From Acidobacteriota bacterium (GTDB lineage: Bacteria; Acidobacteriota; UBA6911; RPQK01; JAJDTT01), in contig OZ253580.1 of NCBI GenBank assembly GCA_965263035.1, positions 2,080,001 to 2,144,000 of the forward strand: a stretch of DNA of 64,000 bases. The letters are read 5' to 3'. This document shows, in pieces, positions 21,194 through 31,890 of the stretch. Below the pieces are notes generated by a model. It saw only the letters and a list, made by a program, of their open reading frames with translations, was not told where the DNA came from and searched no databases. Positions within the stretch are counted from its first letter, which is position 1; every line of letters starts with the position of its first letter. The translations under genes were made by a program, and so were the position numbers.

Positions 21194-21832
21194 ATGAGCT
21201 ATTGGTGTTCCCTGGTTACTTCACTTTCCAAAGCGCCAAGCAGCGAAACGATTTGGACTGTCTTGGCAATTATGGCGTCGGCTTTGATTGCGGTGGGAGC
21301 TGCGTTCCTTTCGGCGTGGCTGACGATGAAGAACGCTCGCAAGCTTCAGGACCGCGAACGCAGGCGCGACGAAAAATCAGTCGCTGCGCTTGTAAGTGCG
21401 GATCTCTACGGAAAATTGAGTATGTTAGTCCGGTTGCTGCCGCGACTGAACTTGTCACACGTAGACGTAGAACGCCTGGGACGGAGCATTATTAACCTAG
21501 AACAGAGGCTAACTGGCAGAGTGGTTCTTGAAGCCGCGCTACCAAAATTGGGCTCACTGGGCCACCGAGACACTGCGAATTTGCTCGGTGCCTTCGATGG
21601 CCTTGCGCTTGTAGTAGATGAAGCGCGCCGAGTAGTTGAAGCGAGCCGCGTAACACCTGAACCGATTCCTGTGGAATTGGTCACGCAAATGAAAGAAACC
21701 GCACACCACGTCGGTCTTGTTTTATTCTCGCTGTGGAGACGTTACGAAATAGACCGCCCCGGTCCTTTCGAAAAAACAGGGCTCGATCTGGAGTCACGCG
21801 GGCTTGAGTTCTTAAAGACTCTTGGGTTTTAG
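21194..21832 (+). CDS. Hypothetical membrane protein
   Basis: N-terminal TM helix followed by charged coiled coil; start uncertain. Confidence 0.6.
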   Translation: MSYWCSLVTSLSKAPSSETIWTVLAIMASALIAVGAAFLSAWLTMKNARKLQDRERRRDEKSVAALVSADLYGKLSMLVRLLPRLNLSHVDVERLGRSIINLEQRLTGRVVLEAALPKLGSLGHRDTANLLGAFDGLALVVDEARRVVEASRVTPEPIPVELVTQMKETAHHVGLVLFSLWRRYEIDRPGPFEKTGLDLESRGLEFLKTLGF

Positions 21833-21849
21833 GTGTGATGGAAGAACGC

Positions 21850-21936
21850 TGGTCCCCGGCGGAGGACCCGAACCTCCACGGGCCGAAGCCCACCAGATTT
21901 TAAATCCAGCGCGTCTGCCAATTCCGCCAACCGGGG
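21850..21936 (-). tRNA. tRNA-Leu(TAA)
   Basis: 87-nt cloverleaf: acceptor CCCCGGT/GCCGGGG, anticodon loop TTTAAAA, long variable arm, T-arm GGAGG-TTCGGGT-CCTCC, A73-CCA. Confidence 0.9.
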
Positions 21937-22201
21937 ACAGACATTTTCAGCTGGACTGTCAGCCGGGTTCCCCTATAATGGCTGGTCAATTATTGAGAAT
22001 CGATTGCCAATCCTGTGGTGTGTGTTGGGTCCAGGGCCTGTTAGTCCTGGTAAATGGAACGATTCGGGAGATAATGCAGTCCTCAGCATTTTTTGGGCGT
22101 CGGTTCGAAATCCTATCTTTTTGAACCCTAGCCCCCCAGGAGGGGGCAGGTCAGCTTCTCTTGGACCGTAGAACCAGAGAAACCCTCCGATATCTCCCAG
22201 A

Positions 22202-22229
22202 AAGTCCGTTAATTTCAGTTATTGGAAGG
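22202..22229. other. dif-like 11-6-11 site D
   Basis: AAGTCCGTTAA TTTCAG TTATTGGAAGG; 18-bp identity with site E. Confidence 0.55.
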
Positions 22230-22488
22230 CCTCCAGAGTGCGGAGAGGGGCAGCGTCGTGAAGTTCAGTGCGGATGTCCCGCGACTCGGAACGGATGGAC
22301 CGGGGTCGGGAACTCTGGGCTGCGGAGGAGGAATCGGATCCCACAAAATGCGGCGCTACACGCTTGAGAGTCCGGGCGGTTGCCCGGAGCGTGGCCTCTT
22401 GGCGCCGGCCGGGAATCGGTGTCGGTAAAGTACGTTACCCACAGAGTAATTTTGGCTGGGCAAGGATGTCAAGAGGAGGGAACCGTCA

Positions 22489-22962
22489 ATGGCTATCTGG
22501 CAAGCGATGAAAGGGGCCAACGAAAACCCAAAGCAGGAGTGGATTTGCAACGATCTCCGGCATCAGCACTTCAGCGAGGACACAGGCCGCCGGTTAAGGA
22601 AGCATGTGAAGAAAGGTGACCTCCTGCTGATTTACTTCCCCGGGCGCGTGAACAGGGTCTACATGGGTCTCCAGAGGGCCGCCGAGGATGGGCCGCGTGT
22701 GTTGGAACCTGCGGTTCCAGGGGCAGTTGACTGGCCCTGGGGACTCCGGGTGGAAGGCCATTGATGGATTCCGGTCCGACGGTTGGGGATCAGCCTCCAC
22801 GAATCGGCAATCTATTTCCCGAGAAGACCTCAAATAGTTCGATCTGGTCTGGCGCCGGTGGATCACTGGGGCTCCAGGTCGTCGATCCAAACGCTCATCG
22901 ATGAGATCCGAGAGCGAGGTAAAGACCCTTCGACTTGGAAAACGTGGCCGAGATCCCTCTGA
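22489..22962 (+). pseudogene. EVE/PUA-like protein gene interrupted by in-frame TGA
   Basis: Strong RBS; VKKGDLLLIY motif; frame stays open for 65 codons after TGA at 22762. Confidence 0.45.
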
Positions 22963-23028
22963 CTCGAAAAATCGAGGCCGTAGGCGGCCTGTGTTGGACG
23001 ATCTCGACCGTACCAAGGGTAGGCTTAA

Positions 23029-23192
23029 GGAAGGTCTGATTAAGTCAGCGGCCTTCACGATAATTCTTCCATCGGCATTGAGTGGAGGGATAGAGGATGG
23101 AGCAGCGGACGTTCGCAGATCTGGAATATGAGGCCAAGAAGCGGGTGACCCGTCGGGAGAAGTTTCTGGCTCGCATGGAACGGTTGATTCCA
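23029..23192 (+). mobile_element. IS5-family fragment (second copy)
   Basis: GGAAGGTCTGATTAAGTC end and [24 protein letters not shown]; truncated. Confidence 0.85.
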
Positions 23193-23258
23193 TCGTCCCT
23201 GCGGATAACTCCGCCCCCTTTACTACGGCTCAGACTCTGGACTACCTGGTCACGCTCC

Positions 23259-26009
23259 TTATCTATTCCTGAGACATTCTCTCTGGAATCGGCACCATCG
23301 GGAGGGTGGTGAAGATCCGGTTGTCGGCATCGAGTTCCACGGCCACTCCGGTGAACCGGTCCGGTGCCATGCAGCGCACCGAACCCACGAAATCCGACGT
23401 ATCGGTGCGGGTGATATCTCCTCGATGTACCGGGCCTCCTGTCCATTGGCCTCCAGAGGGATCGCCACCGATTCGAGCACGGCGCCGTCTTGCATCAATT
23501 GGCAGCTCACCACCATCGCTTCCTCTCCCAGGTTGTGGATCGCCGCCGCGGTATTGATTCCTCCTGCCTGGCGGCGAGCCGGGAAGATCGCATCCCGGAC
23601 GGGTAGACTGACTCCCACCCCGGCGACTCCGATCTCCGGACTGTCAAAGCGCAAGACCCCACCTATGGGACCGTCCGCCAGGACCCGAACCGAGCCGGTC
23701 ACCAACGGCCCTCGTCCATGGGTCGAGATCGTGAGTTCCCCCAGTGGGGCAACGTCCGTCTGAACGGTCAGGGCTCCATCCGCGCGGACCTCAAGGTCTT
23801 CCCCGGCGTCCACCACCAGTTCCGGGGCAATGAGATCGCCCTGCTTGTCGAAAAAGTAGAGGGCCGGCTGGATGGGGGTGGCCGCAACATTCACGATCAC
23901 GATCTCAGACGTGGTACCGGCCCCATTGGCGAAATGCGCGAAGTCCAGGGCGTCGTCGCAGCGGTCCCGCTCCATGCCCGGCCGCAGCTGCCGTCCGGCA
24001 ACCTGGGCCTCAAAGCCCGCCTCGCACGGTGCCGCCGTCCGCCCAAACCGCGCCATCAAAGCCTGCGGCAGCGGGTCGCTGTTCCTGATCGTTCCGGTCG
24101 CCTCCGCCCTCGTGATGGAGAGCGTCTGGGACGTGTCATCGCACAGCCGTGCATTGCTGATCTTGACCTTCACGGTCTCGCCGTCGTCGTTCACCGAGTC
24201 GTCGATGATGCGGACGAAGGGCTTGTCCACCCGTTTTCCGATCTGCATCCAGTACGTGGCTTTCGGGAACTTGAGGTAGTCCATTCCTTCCGTGGCGGTG
24301 CCGCCCGAGATGGTCTCGAAGTCGTAACACACATAGTCGTCATGCTTCCGCGAGAGCCTGACTCTGAAATCGAGCCACCCGTCGTCCTCGTCCCCGGTCG
24401 CGTCTTTGATCCCAATGGTCAGACCCGGCACGTTGGTCGTGGTGGTCGGCGGCGCGGTGATCGTTCCCGTCGCCTCGGCGGTCGCGATGTTGAGCACCCT
24501 AATTACGTTGCCGTAGGCATCGAACTCGCGCGCGTTGCTGAGCCTTACCATCACCGTCTCGTCGTCGTCCTCGTCCGCGTCCTCAATGAGCGCGAAGCCC
24601 ATCTGCGTGGTCGTCTCTCCATACGGAATGACGTGGGTGTAGACGTGCGGCCAGTAGTCGACGCCTTCGGTGGCGGTGCCTCCCGAAGTAGTCTCAAAGT
24701 CGACCTTCACCGTGTGCGGCGAAGCTGGTGAGAGCGTGACATCGAACAGGAGGTGGCCGTCGTTCTCGGCGGCGCTGGCGTCCGCGATCGAGAGTCTCGG
24801 TGGCGAGCTCCCCAACACGAGACTGACCCTGACTTCCTGGCCGTCCGGCCAGACCAGGTCGGGGGGCAACTGGCCGGCGGGATAGTGCCATAAATCGCCC
24901 CTGCTGCCGTCATCCGACTCCATGTCCGTTGTAAACGTGCGCTCGCCAACGGTGACCACCGTGCCGCGCGGCACACGCGGGAAGGAGCCGAAGTAAAAGT
25001 AAGCACGGGACAGTTCCTCATAGGTGTGCACCGTCCAGACGTTGAAGTTTTCGCCGCCGTATTCGATCTGGTCGTCGTCGAGCGAGCCGAACTTGTCATA
25101 CTCATACCCGACCAAACGGCCGTCGCCTTCGGCGTCTGCCACCGTCATCGTCGCGCACCAGTCGTTGACCGCGGGACAGGGGCCCGGCAACACCACCACT
25201 GTCACTGTCCCGTTCCGGGGATACGCGTCGCTCGTGAGCGGGCCCTCGGCGTGGCCCCGGGAGTCGGTGACGCTCACCTTCACCTTGATCTGCTTGCCCA
25301 GGTCGGACGCGGTCAGCGTGTAGGTTTCGGAGGTCGCCCCGGGGATGTCGGTGTCGGTGGAGCCGTCCACCCGCACCCACTGGTAGGTGAACGTGGGGGT
25401 CGTCGGCAGCCCATCCAGGTCCTCGATGTCGTCCGTCGCCGCCGTCAGCGTCTTGCCCACCTGCCCCCCACCGGAAATCGTCGGCTGGCCGGTGGCGGGA
25501 GCGTCGGTCACAACGAGCGACACGGCGACGTCGGTCCCGGCAGTCCAACTCAGGGTGGTGTTATTCCACTTCCATTGAGTCTTGCCGCCGTTGATCTGGT
25601 TGGCCTCCTTCAGAACGAATTCCTCGCCGTCAATCACCAGTGTCAGACCCTGTGTGGCGGCTGTGGCACCCGTATTGAGCCTAAATAGCAAGACGCTGTT
25701 CTTGGTAAAAAATTTAGTGACCGCGTAGGTCGTCCCGTCATCGGTGAAGTCGTCGCTCAACGTGTTCGAGTTGCTGCATTTTCTATTCCCCGTCGAGCTG
25801 TTGTCACAGCCCAACGGTACGGGGGTCCCTGAGAATGTGGTCCTCGGCGTCAGCGTGGCCGTCCAGATTGTGGTCTGGGCTTGCGCGGGGAGGGCCGCGG
25901 CAAACAGCATGGCGAAAGCCAGGAGGAATGTGGCTGCTAGGGTGTGCCGCGCGCGGGACTCTGGCGGATTTACGCTCGGTCCATATACGACACGTACGTC
26001 GTCACGCAT
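23259..26009 (-). pseudogene. Chimeric surface protein (Ig-like + two Calx-beta-like repeats + C-terminal beta domain), frameshifted near the 3' end
   Basis: Signal-like LLAFAMLFAAALPAQAQ; ATGQPTISG..YQW domain; two SGGTATEG.DY repeats; shifted frame near 23415 gives ..RIFTTLPMVPIPERMSQE*; start uncertain. Confidence 0.7.
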
Positions 26010-26454
26010 CTCCTTAACCAATCCAGTTTCGGCATACCTCACGTGCGAATAAGTCAATAAGAGCTCATTGCTTCCGACATCAACACCCGTGTCAACCTGT
26101 TCGCGTGGCTGCATACTCAACGACCCCCCGTGGCTGAAAAAAGAACCTGCTGTTCCAATGACCGTATTGGCGTCTCCGGCGGCGAGGTATCGGTCACCTC
26201 GACGGTGCCGGTGCCCCGGCACTCTCCCGTGGAACTCCCGCCCGTGCGGCCAACGTTGTCAGCCAGCGACCGCCTCTCCTGCGACCGTTCCAGGGCAAGG
26301 CCATCGTCGAACTCTTATTTTTACTCTCAAGAATTGGACATACTTAGCGTAAATTGCGGCCTGAGTCCCTACCAATTTGGTAGTTTAGATTTGGGAGAAA
26401 AAGGAAGCGGCCGGGAACCGGGCCGCCCCGCTGAGAACGCTGGCAGCCCTACGG

Positions 26455-27600
26455 TTACCCGAACTCGGCGATCGACAGCACCAGCCGCACCAGGTCCGCC
26501 TGCCGGGAGACGGGTTGTTTCTGGTAGATTTGCTTCAGGTGCCAATAGATGGAGCCTGGGGTGCGCCCCGTGGCCTCGGACAGGTCACGGACGCTCTTGC
26601 CTTCCGCCAACCAGACCGCTACCTGGCTCTCCATCGGCGTCAGCCCGAGGGTCCTGGCCACCAAATCGGGGTCGACACGATGCTGGCTCCCCGGCTCGAC
26701 AATCAGGACCAGCGCGGCGACATTCCGCGCTCCGTAGTCCGGTTGGGGAACACCGACGGGTTTGACGTGCACCACGAACGGCGGCAAGCCGGACGGGCGG
26801 TGGAGCAGCATCGACCCGCTGACCGTGACGGCGACGGAGGCCGGCAGCGCGTCAGCCACCAACCCCTCGAGGCGGAGCTGGTCGTCCGGATTGCGGGCAC
26901 CCAGGACCCCATCCCGGTCCGACAACCCATCGCCGTGTCGAAGGATGCTACGGGCGCGGCTATTCGCTTCCATGATCTGCCCACGCCGGTCCAGGTGGAG
27001 AACACCGATCCGAGGGTTATCGAGCAGGGCGGCCACGGTCGTTTCGTGCGCCTCGGCGCGGACCAGCGCCTGCCGGACGCGGATAAATTGTCGAATATGG
27101 GGCATTAGCGCTTGGACCATCGCGATCTCGGAAGACCCCCAGCCATCCGAGGCGACGGGATCAGCGAGAGACCAAGTCATGCGAGAGCCCCCCGGCCCGT
27201 CCAGGAGCACGTTCAAGCCATTCTGATACTTGGACCGGAGTAATGCCTCGTTGTAGGTACGCGAGGTTTTCAACTCCTCGGACGTGTACAGGTCTTTAAT
27301 ATGCACCAGACGGCTGGCGGGCAGTTGCAACTGGCGCGGTATGGCTTCGTTGATGGGATGGTAGACTTCGAGGTACTCACGCTCCAGATCTTCGCGGCGC
27401 TGCCCTCGGTAGTAGAGCCCGACGAAGAGCGCCCGGACGTCGTCCTTCGGGCCTTCGCCGACCATGAGGGCGTTTCCCGTCAGGTTACAAGCCTCGTCGA
27501 TCAGCGCCGAGGTGGCCGGCCAGTGGGCATCGTCGAGCATGGCGTTGTACAACGACGCCAGGATGCGCTCGAACGTGTCTGGGTCACTCATGACGGTCAT
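26455..27600 (-). CDS. PAS + LuxR-type HTH transcriptional regulator
   Basis: LGLTPMESQVA..GKSVRDLS..HLKQIYQK..RQADLV. Confidence 0.88.
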   Translation of the reverse strand: MTVMSDPDTFERILASLYNAMLDDAHWPATSALIDEACNLTGNALMVGEGPKDDVRALFVGLYYRGQRREDLEREYLEVYHPINEAIPRQLQLPASRLVHIKDLYTSEELKTSRTYNEALLRSKYQNGLNVLLDGPGGSRMTWSLADPVASDGWGSSEIAMVQALMPHIRQFIRVRQALVRAEAHETTVAALLDNPRIGVLHLDRRGQIMEANSRARSILRHGDGLSDRDGVLGARNPDDQLRLEGLVADALPASVAVTVSGSMLLHRPSGLPPFVVHVKPVGVPQPDYGARNVAALVLIVEPGSQHRVDPDLVARTLGLTPMESQVAVWLAEGKSVRDLSEATGRTPGSIYWHLKQIYQKQPVSRQADLVRLVLSIAEFG

Positions 27601-27854
27601 TCCTTCAGCAACGCCAGGCTGAACCGTACAGAAGCACTCGCCATATGCACGGCCCACTGTCCACGACACCGGAGCCTGACGGGTGAAGGTCGCAGAGGGG
27701 TTTCTTGCGGTGGAATTATAAAATGGGTCACTGACCTAACCGACAGGTCCCCTCCCTTGTTTCCCACCCCAATGGGCTCACCGGGTGGGGATAGAAGAAG
27801 ACGGAGCAGGATCGCGGCTGGCGCTGGAAACGGGGGCGTCAGGGACGTGGTTTA

Positions 27855-28011
27855 GATTACGATAAAGTGCAATTATCGTATCCTGATCCCTCCTGACGGG
27901 GACAGGCCGTCTTCTTCTGACCCGTGTTTCCGGTCGGCTTGGGGCTGATTCGCACCCCCCGGCACCCTCCCTTTTTCCAGAGAACGTCCGTTAATTTCAG
28001 TTAACGGACGT
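27855..28011. other. Composite recombination-site unit (site C, 7-bp core; site E, 6-bp core)
   Basis: TACGATAA AGTGCAA TTATCGTA and the perfect palindrome ACGTCCGTTAA TTTCAG TTAACGGACGT; linker similar to 22130-22200. Confidence 0.55.
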
Positions 28012-28054
28012 AGAGTGTCCATCGGGGGAGCCCGACCAAATCAGAGCGGCGAGG

Positions 28055-28997
28055 GGCCCATCCCCGCCTGTGCGGGGGAAACAAGTTCGGAATACTCTGC
28101 AACAACCTGCACACCGGTCCATCCCCAACTGTGCGGGGGAAACCCCGTCGTTGACTTGCTACTTCAGGACGCGTCAGGTCCATCCCCAACTGTGCGGGGG
28201 AAACAGTCATGCGTTCCCCCATGATCTCGGCAGCGTGGGTCCATCCCCGCCTGTGCGGGGGAAACTCTCATGTGTCTTCCTCCATGCGCTCAAGCCGCGG
28301 TCCATCCCCGCCTGTGCGGGGGAAACGCGAGACGGCTATCGATGACTTCACCGACGTGGGGTCCATCCCCGCCTGTGCGGGGGAAACTCTTCCTGGGAGT
28401 GCCGGAGGACGAAGACGACAGGTCCATCCCCGCCTGTGCGGGGGAAACTCACCGTAACGGCTGTAGGGAGTGAACGTGTCGGGTCCATCCCCGCCTGTGC
28501 GGGGGAAACTCACCGTAACGGCTGTAGGGAGTGAACGTGTCGGGTCCATCCCCGCCTGTGCGGGGGAAACGCCATCCCGAGAGAAGACTTCGACCGGATA
28601 GAGGGTCCATCCCCGCCTGTGCGGGGGAAACTCAAGCCGCTTGTTGATCGAATCGAGGATGAACGGTCCATCCCCGCCTGTGCGGGGGAAACGGATACTG
28701 CCCGTAGAGATTGGGAATCTATAACGGTCCATCCCCGCCTGTGCGGGGGAAACGTCCCGCCGCTTGCTCGGCCTCATCCCTGAAGGGGTCCATCCCCGCC
28801 TGTGCGGGGGAAACAGTTCGAATTTCACTTAGTTCCCATGTTGGAAAGGTCCATCCCCGCCTGTGCGGGGGAAACACCGAACGAGTGGGACGCTTGGACT
28901 TCGCTGACGGTCCATCCCCGCCTGTGCGGGGGAAACTATCTCGTTCCGGACAACGGTTCGGTTGTTCAGGGTCCATCCCCGCCTGTGCGGGGGAAAC
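28055..28997 (-). CRISPR. Type I-E CRISPR array, 16 repeats / 15 spacers
   Basis: 28-bp repeat GTTTCCCCCGCACAGGCGGGGATGGACC with 61-bp period and 33-bp spacers; variant repeats at the left (trailer) end. Confidence 0.98.
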
Positions 28998-29062
28998 CCT
29001 TAGAGTCGAACTCCAAGGGTTCTTTCACTTGTGGGGCGTTCCAGCTGCGCCGTCCGTGTGGG

Positions 29063-29365
29063 TCAGCTGCGCGATTCTCGTCTTACAACATACAAGCCGT
29101 CGTATTCGACCAGGTCCTTTGGGGGTTCTCCCAGCGTCAGCACTCCCTGCCGCTCGGCGGTCTGCGGAGCGGCCCAGGTCATCACAACCGAGCCTTGGCC
29201 GTAGTATGACCACCATTCATCCAGCACTCTCCAGACGCGCTTGCGAACGGCCATCGTCATGTCAGGCTGCGTATAAACGCCCGGCGCAAGCTCCAGCATG
29301 CACGAGGCGAGAAATCCCCGAAACCGGGTCGGTACATCACAAGTCACAATCACGCACATTGGCAT
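29063..29365 (-). CDS. cas2: CRISPR-associated endoribonuclease Cas2 (I-E)
   Basis: RFRGFLASCMLELAPGVY..GEPPKDLVEYDG. Confidence 0.95.
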   Translation of the reverse strand: MPMCVIVTCDVPTRFRGFLASCMLELAPGVYTQPDMTMAVRKRVWRVLDEWWSYYGQGSVVMTWAAPQTAERQGVLTLGEPPKDLVEYDGLYVVRRESRS

Positions 29366-30221
29366 TGAGCAGTTCCTTGATCCGATCGATCATCCGTGAG
29401 ATCAGCTTGCGCCGCCGAAATTCTCTCCCGGCGATACGGCGGACATGCCGTTCCAGTGGCACTGACGCATCGCGTTCATAGGCGCGCACGGCCCTGAACG
29501 CGACCGGCAGGGTCACGTCGCCCCGGTAGAGATCGGCAATATCGAGCACGAAGGCAATGCTTGCATCCTCGTGAATAAAGCCCAGCTGTGGCAGCGCACC
29601 GACACCGGTTACGGCTACCGTGGCCGCGGCTTCGATGGCCGTAGCGGCATGATTGATGGCTTGGTTCGGCAAATCGGCCGCCAGGGGATCAGCGCGGTCG
29701 TAGCGCCTACCTTTCCACTCTATTCCATACTGTTGGGCGATCGTTTTATAGAGCACCCGCATGCGCACACCCTCAATACCACGCAAGGCATTCAGTTCAC
29801 GGTGGGGCAGAACTTCGCCCAGTCGCCAAGCGTACAAAAGGCGGGCAATAGTGATTCGTGTTTCCGGATCTGCCCAGATGCGGACCTGGCGTCTGGCGAC
29901 AGCGGAGTCGCCTGGTCCGAGCGGAGGTGCGGTGTAGGCGCGAACGCCGTCCTCGCCGACCGCTATCAAGCAGGTGCTATGCCGGGCACAGAGCCGAAGA
30001 GCGTCGTGGCTTACCGTGCTGCCTGGCCCCAGCAGCAGAATGGATACCATCTGAAATGGAATGGCGTAGTCACCCGGCTCCAACTCACCACCGCCGGCGG
30101 TTTGGAACCGAAGCGTGCCACCTTCAACTGTCAAGTGCCCGCGCGAGAGCCAGATTAGGCCATGGCGGTCGGCATGCGGTACGCGTGCAGTATCGAGTCC
30201 TAAACGGCCTGGTAGTACCAT
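29337..30221 (-). CDS. cas1: CRISPR-associated endonuclease Cas1 (I-E)
   Basis: LLGPGSTVSHDA, LRGIEG, LGFIH..FVLDIADLY. Confidence 0.97.
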   Translation of the reverse strand: MVLPGRLGLDTARVPHADRHGLIWLSRGHLTVEGGTLRFQTAGGGELEPGDYAIPFQMVSILLLGPGSTVSHDALRLCARHSTCLIAVGEDGVRAYTAPPLGPGDSAVARRQVRIWADPETRITIARLLYAWRLGEVLPHRELNALRGIEGVRMRVLYKTIAQQYGIEWKGRRYDRADPLAADLPNQAINHAATAIEAAATVAVTGVGALPQLGFIHEDASIAFVLDIADLYRGDVTLPVAFRAVRAYERDASVPLERHVRRIAGREFRRRKLISRMIDRIKELLNANVRDCDL

Positions 30222-30244
30222 GCCAGCATCGTCTCACTTGCGTC

Positions 30245-31111
30245 TCAAGCCGGCCTGAGCAGCAACATGCCGAAGCCGAAACCACAATGTCGGCCGATGC
30301 CACCAGCAAGGAGGTCCAAAAAGGCCCCTGGCTCGGCGATCTCCAGCAGGCCGGTGAAATGGACATCCGGTCGAGTCAACCACTGAGCGGAGCGGTTGCC
30401 ATTGAAGTTACGCGGACGACGCATTAACCGAACGGACCGGTACGACTCGACCCGTACCGAACCCTGTATCAGATTGACAACTTGCGCCCGGTCTCCCTTG
30501 GCTGCAAGCCACTGAGCGAGCCATTCAACATAAGTTTCTGCTCGCGTGGGGGGTCGTTCGCCCCTCTCCAGTGCTCGGATTGCGGCAAGCTGGTGGGCGT
30601 CTACCTCCTTGCCCTTGCTCAACGTCGTCGTCCGGCGCTTCGAGTTATACGGCGTCACGAGCGGATTCATCAGACGTCGCACCGGACAAGCGCGGAGGTC
30701 GAAACGTAAACGCAGATCTTTTGGCCAATGAGTCGGCATCGGCTTGGAACCTGCGCGTTCCCAATCGATCATCGTCGACAATCCCTTGTTGTCGAGTTGG
30801 GCCAGAGTTTCCAGCGTCTCCATCGGGGCCCGGGCGTAGCCAAGCAGATCCATTACGCCGGCGCGGTTCGCAGCTGCACGGCGGCCAGCACGTTGTCGCT
30901 CGCGCTGGCCCACAGGGGACCAGTAAAAGGGTCTCGGCGCTTGTCCACCGAAGAGACCGGCTAGCGCGGCATGCACGGCGTAACCGATCTCTGCGCTCCG
31001 GGGTCGACCACTGCCGTCACCGGGTGGAACCTGGAGATAGCGCCGACGAAGCGCCCAGCTCGTGAAAGCGCGGAGTTCCAATGGCAAACGGATGAGATGA
31101 AGATTCGTCAT
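30245..31111 (-). CDS. cas6e: Cas6e/CasE crRNA endoribonuclease
   Basis: C-terminal GIGRHCGFGFGMLLL glycine loop; operon position. Confidence 0.93.
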   Translation of the reverse strand: MTNLHLIRLPLELRAFTSWALRRRYLQVPPGDGSGRPRSAEIGYAVHAALAGLFGGQAPRPFYWSPVGQRERQRAGRRAAANRAGVMDLLGYARAPMETLETLAQLDNKGLSTMIDWERAGSKPMPTHWPKDLRLRFDLRACPVRRLMNPLVTPYNSKRRTTTLSKGKEVDAHQLAAIRALERGERPPTRAETYVEWLAQWLAAKGDRAQVVNLIQGSVRVESYRSVRLMRRPRNFNGNRSAQWLTRPDVHFTGLLEIAEPGAFLDLLAGGIGRHCGFGFGMLLLRPA

Positions 31112-31890
31112 TCCGCATCCTTCGCAACCGTGTCTTGCAAGGTCAACCTCCCCGCCATCACGACACGCTCGCCGCCGTGCAACTGATTCCTCCAGTCACG
31201 CTGATCAGTAACGCGATAGGTGGAGAGGCGTTCTTCGGGTGACAAGGTGCGTTCATCCGCTATCGGCCACTCAGCCGCCAACTCAGCCGCACTTTCATCA
31301 CCAAGAATTTCTCTCCAACGGTCAGGGAATCTGACAGGTACTTGGGTAAGAGCGCACTTCAGACTCTTTGTATACTCGACAATTCCGATGACCATACGCG
31401 TCGACGGCAAGCAGGACTTGCGGCCGATGAAAAGCGGACGGGCGGGTGCGTCGAGGGCTTCGGCGAGGTTGCTGAGCGTCGGGGTTTCGTCCGCCGGAGA
31501 CAGCGAAATCGCCGCCAGCACACTGGCGTCGGCACGGTAGCGACGAAAACGGATATGGGTGCCGTAGCGCGCGTCCGTGCTACCGGCACGATGTTCCGGA
31601 TGGCCGCGTGTGGTCCAGCTTGGCGAACGGAGGTGCGCTTGACCCAGGTCAACCGTCTGGTAGTCCTGTACCTCCTCGCCCTCGCAAACCAGTGCGCTGG
31701 CCAACGACAGACGATCTTGCAGCGCCTGAAGTCGGTCGAAGTCCCCGTGTCTGTAGCCGAGTGCGTTCGCGAGCAGGCCGGTGACTTGGCTGATGGTCGG
31801 GAATCGCCCTGTCGGCCCGATCTGATCCACTTGGGGGCCGCCGAAGCTCATTAACGGAGCCTGTAGATGAACGATGAGCGTCGCTTGCAT
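31108..31890 (-). CDS. cas5: Cas5e/CasD
   Basis: LQAPLMSFG, FPT.S..GLLANALG, DYQTV, LFIGRKSC. Confidence 0.95.
   Translation of the reverse strand: MQATLIVHLQAPLMSFGGPQVDQIGPTGRFPTISQVTGLLANALGYRHGDFDRLQALQDRLSLASALVCEGEEVQDYQTVDLGQAHLRSPSWTTRGHPEHRAGSTDARYGTHIRFRRYRADASVLAAISLSPADETPTLSNLAEALDAPARPLFIGRKSCLPSTRMVIGIVEYTKSLKCALTQVPVRFPDRWREILGDESAAELAAEWPIADERTLSPEERLSTYRVTDQRDWRNQLHGGERVVMAGRLTLQDTVAKDAE

Noticed and set aside
28001-29481. ORFs across the CRISPR array
   Set aside because: Artefacts of translated repeats.
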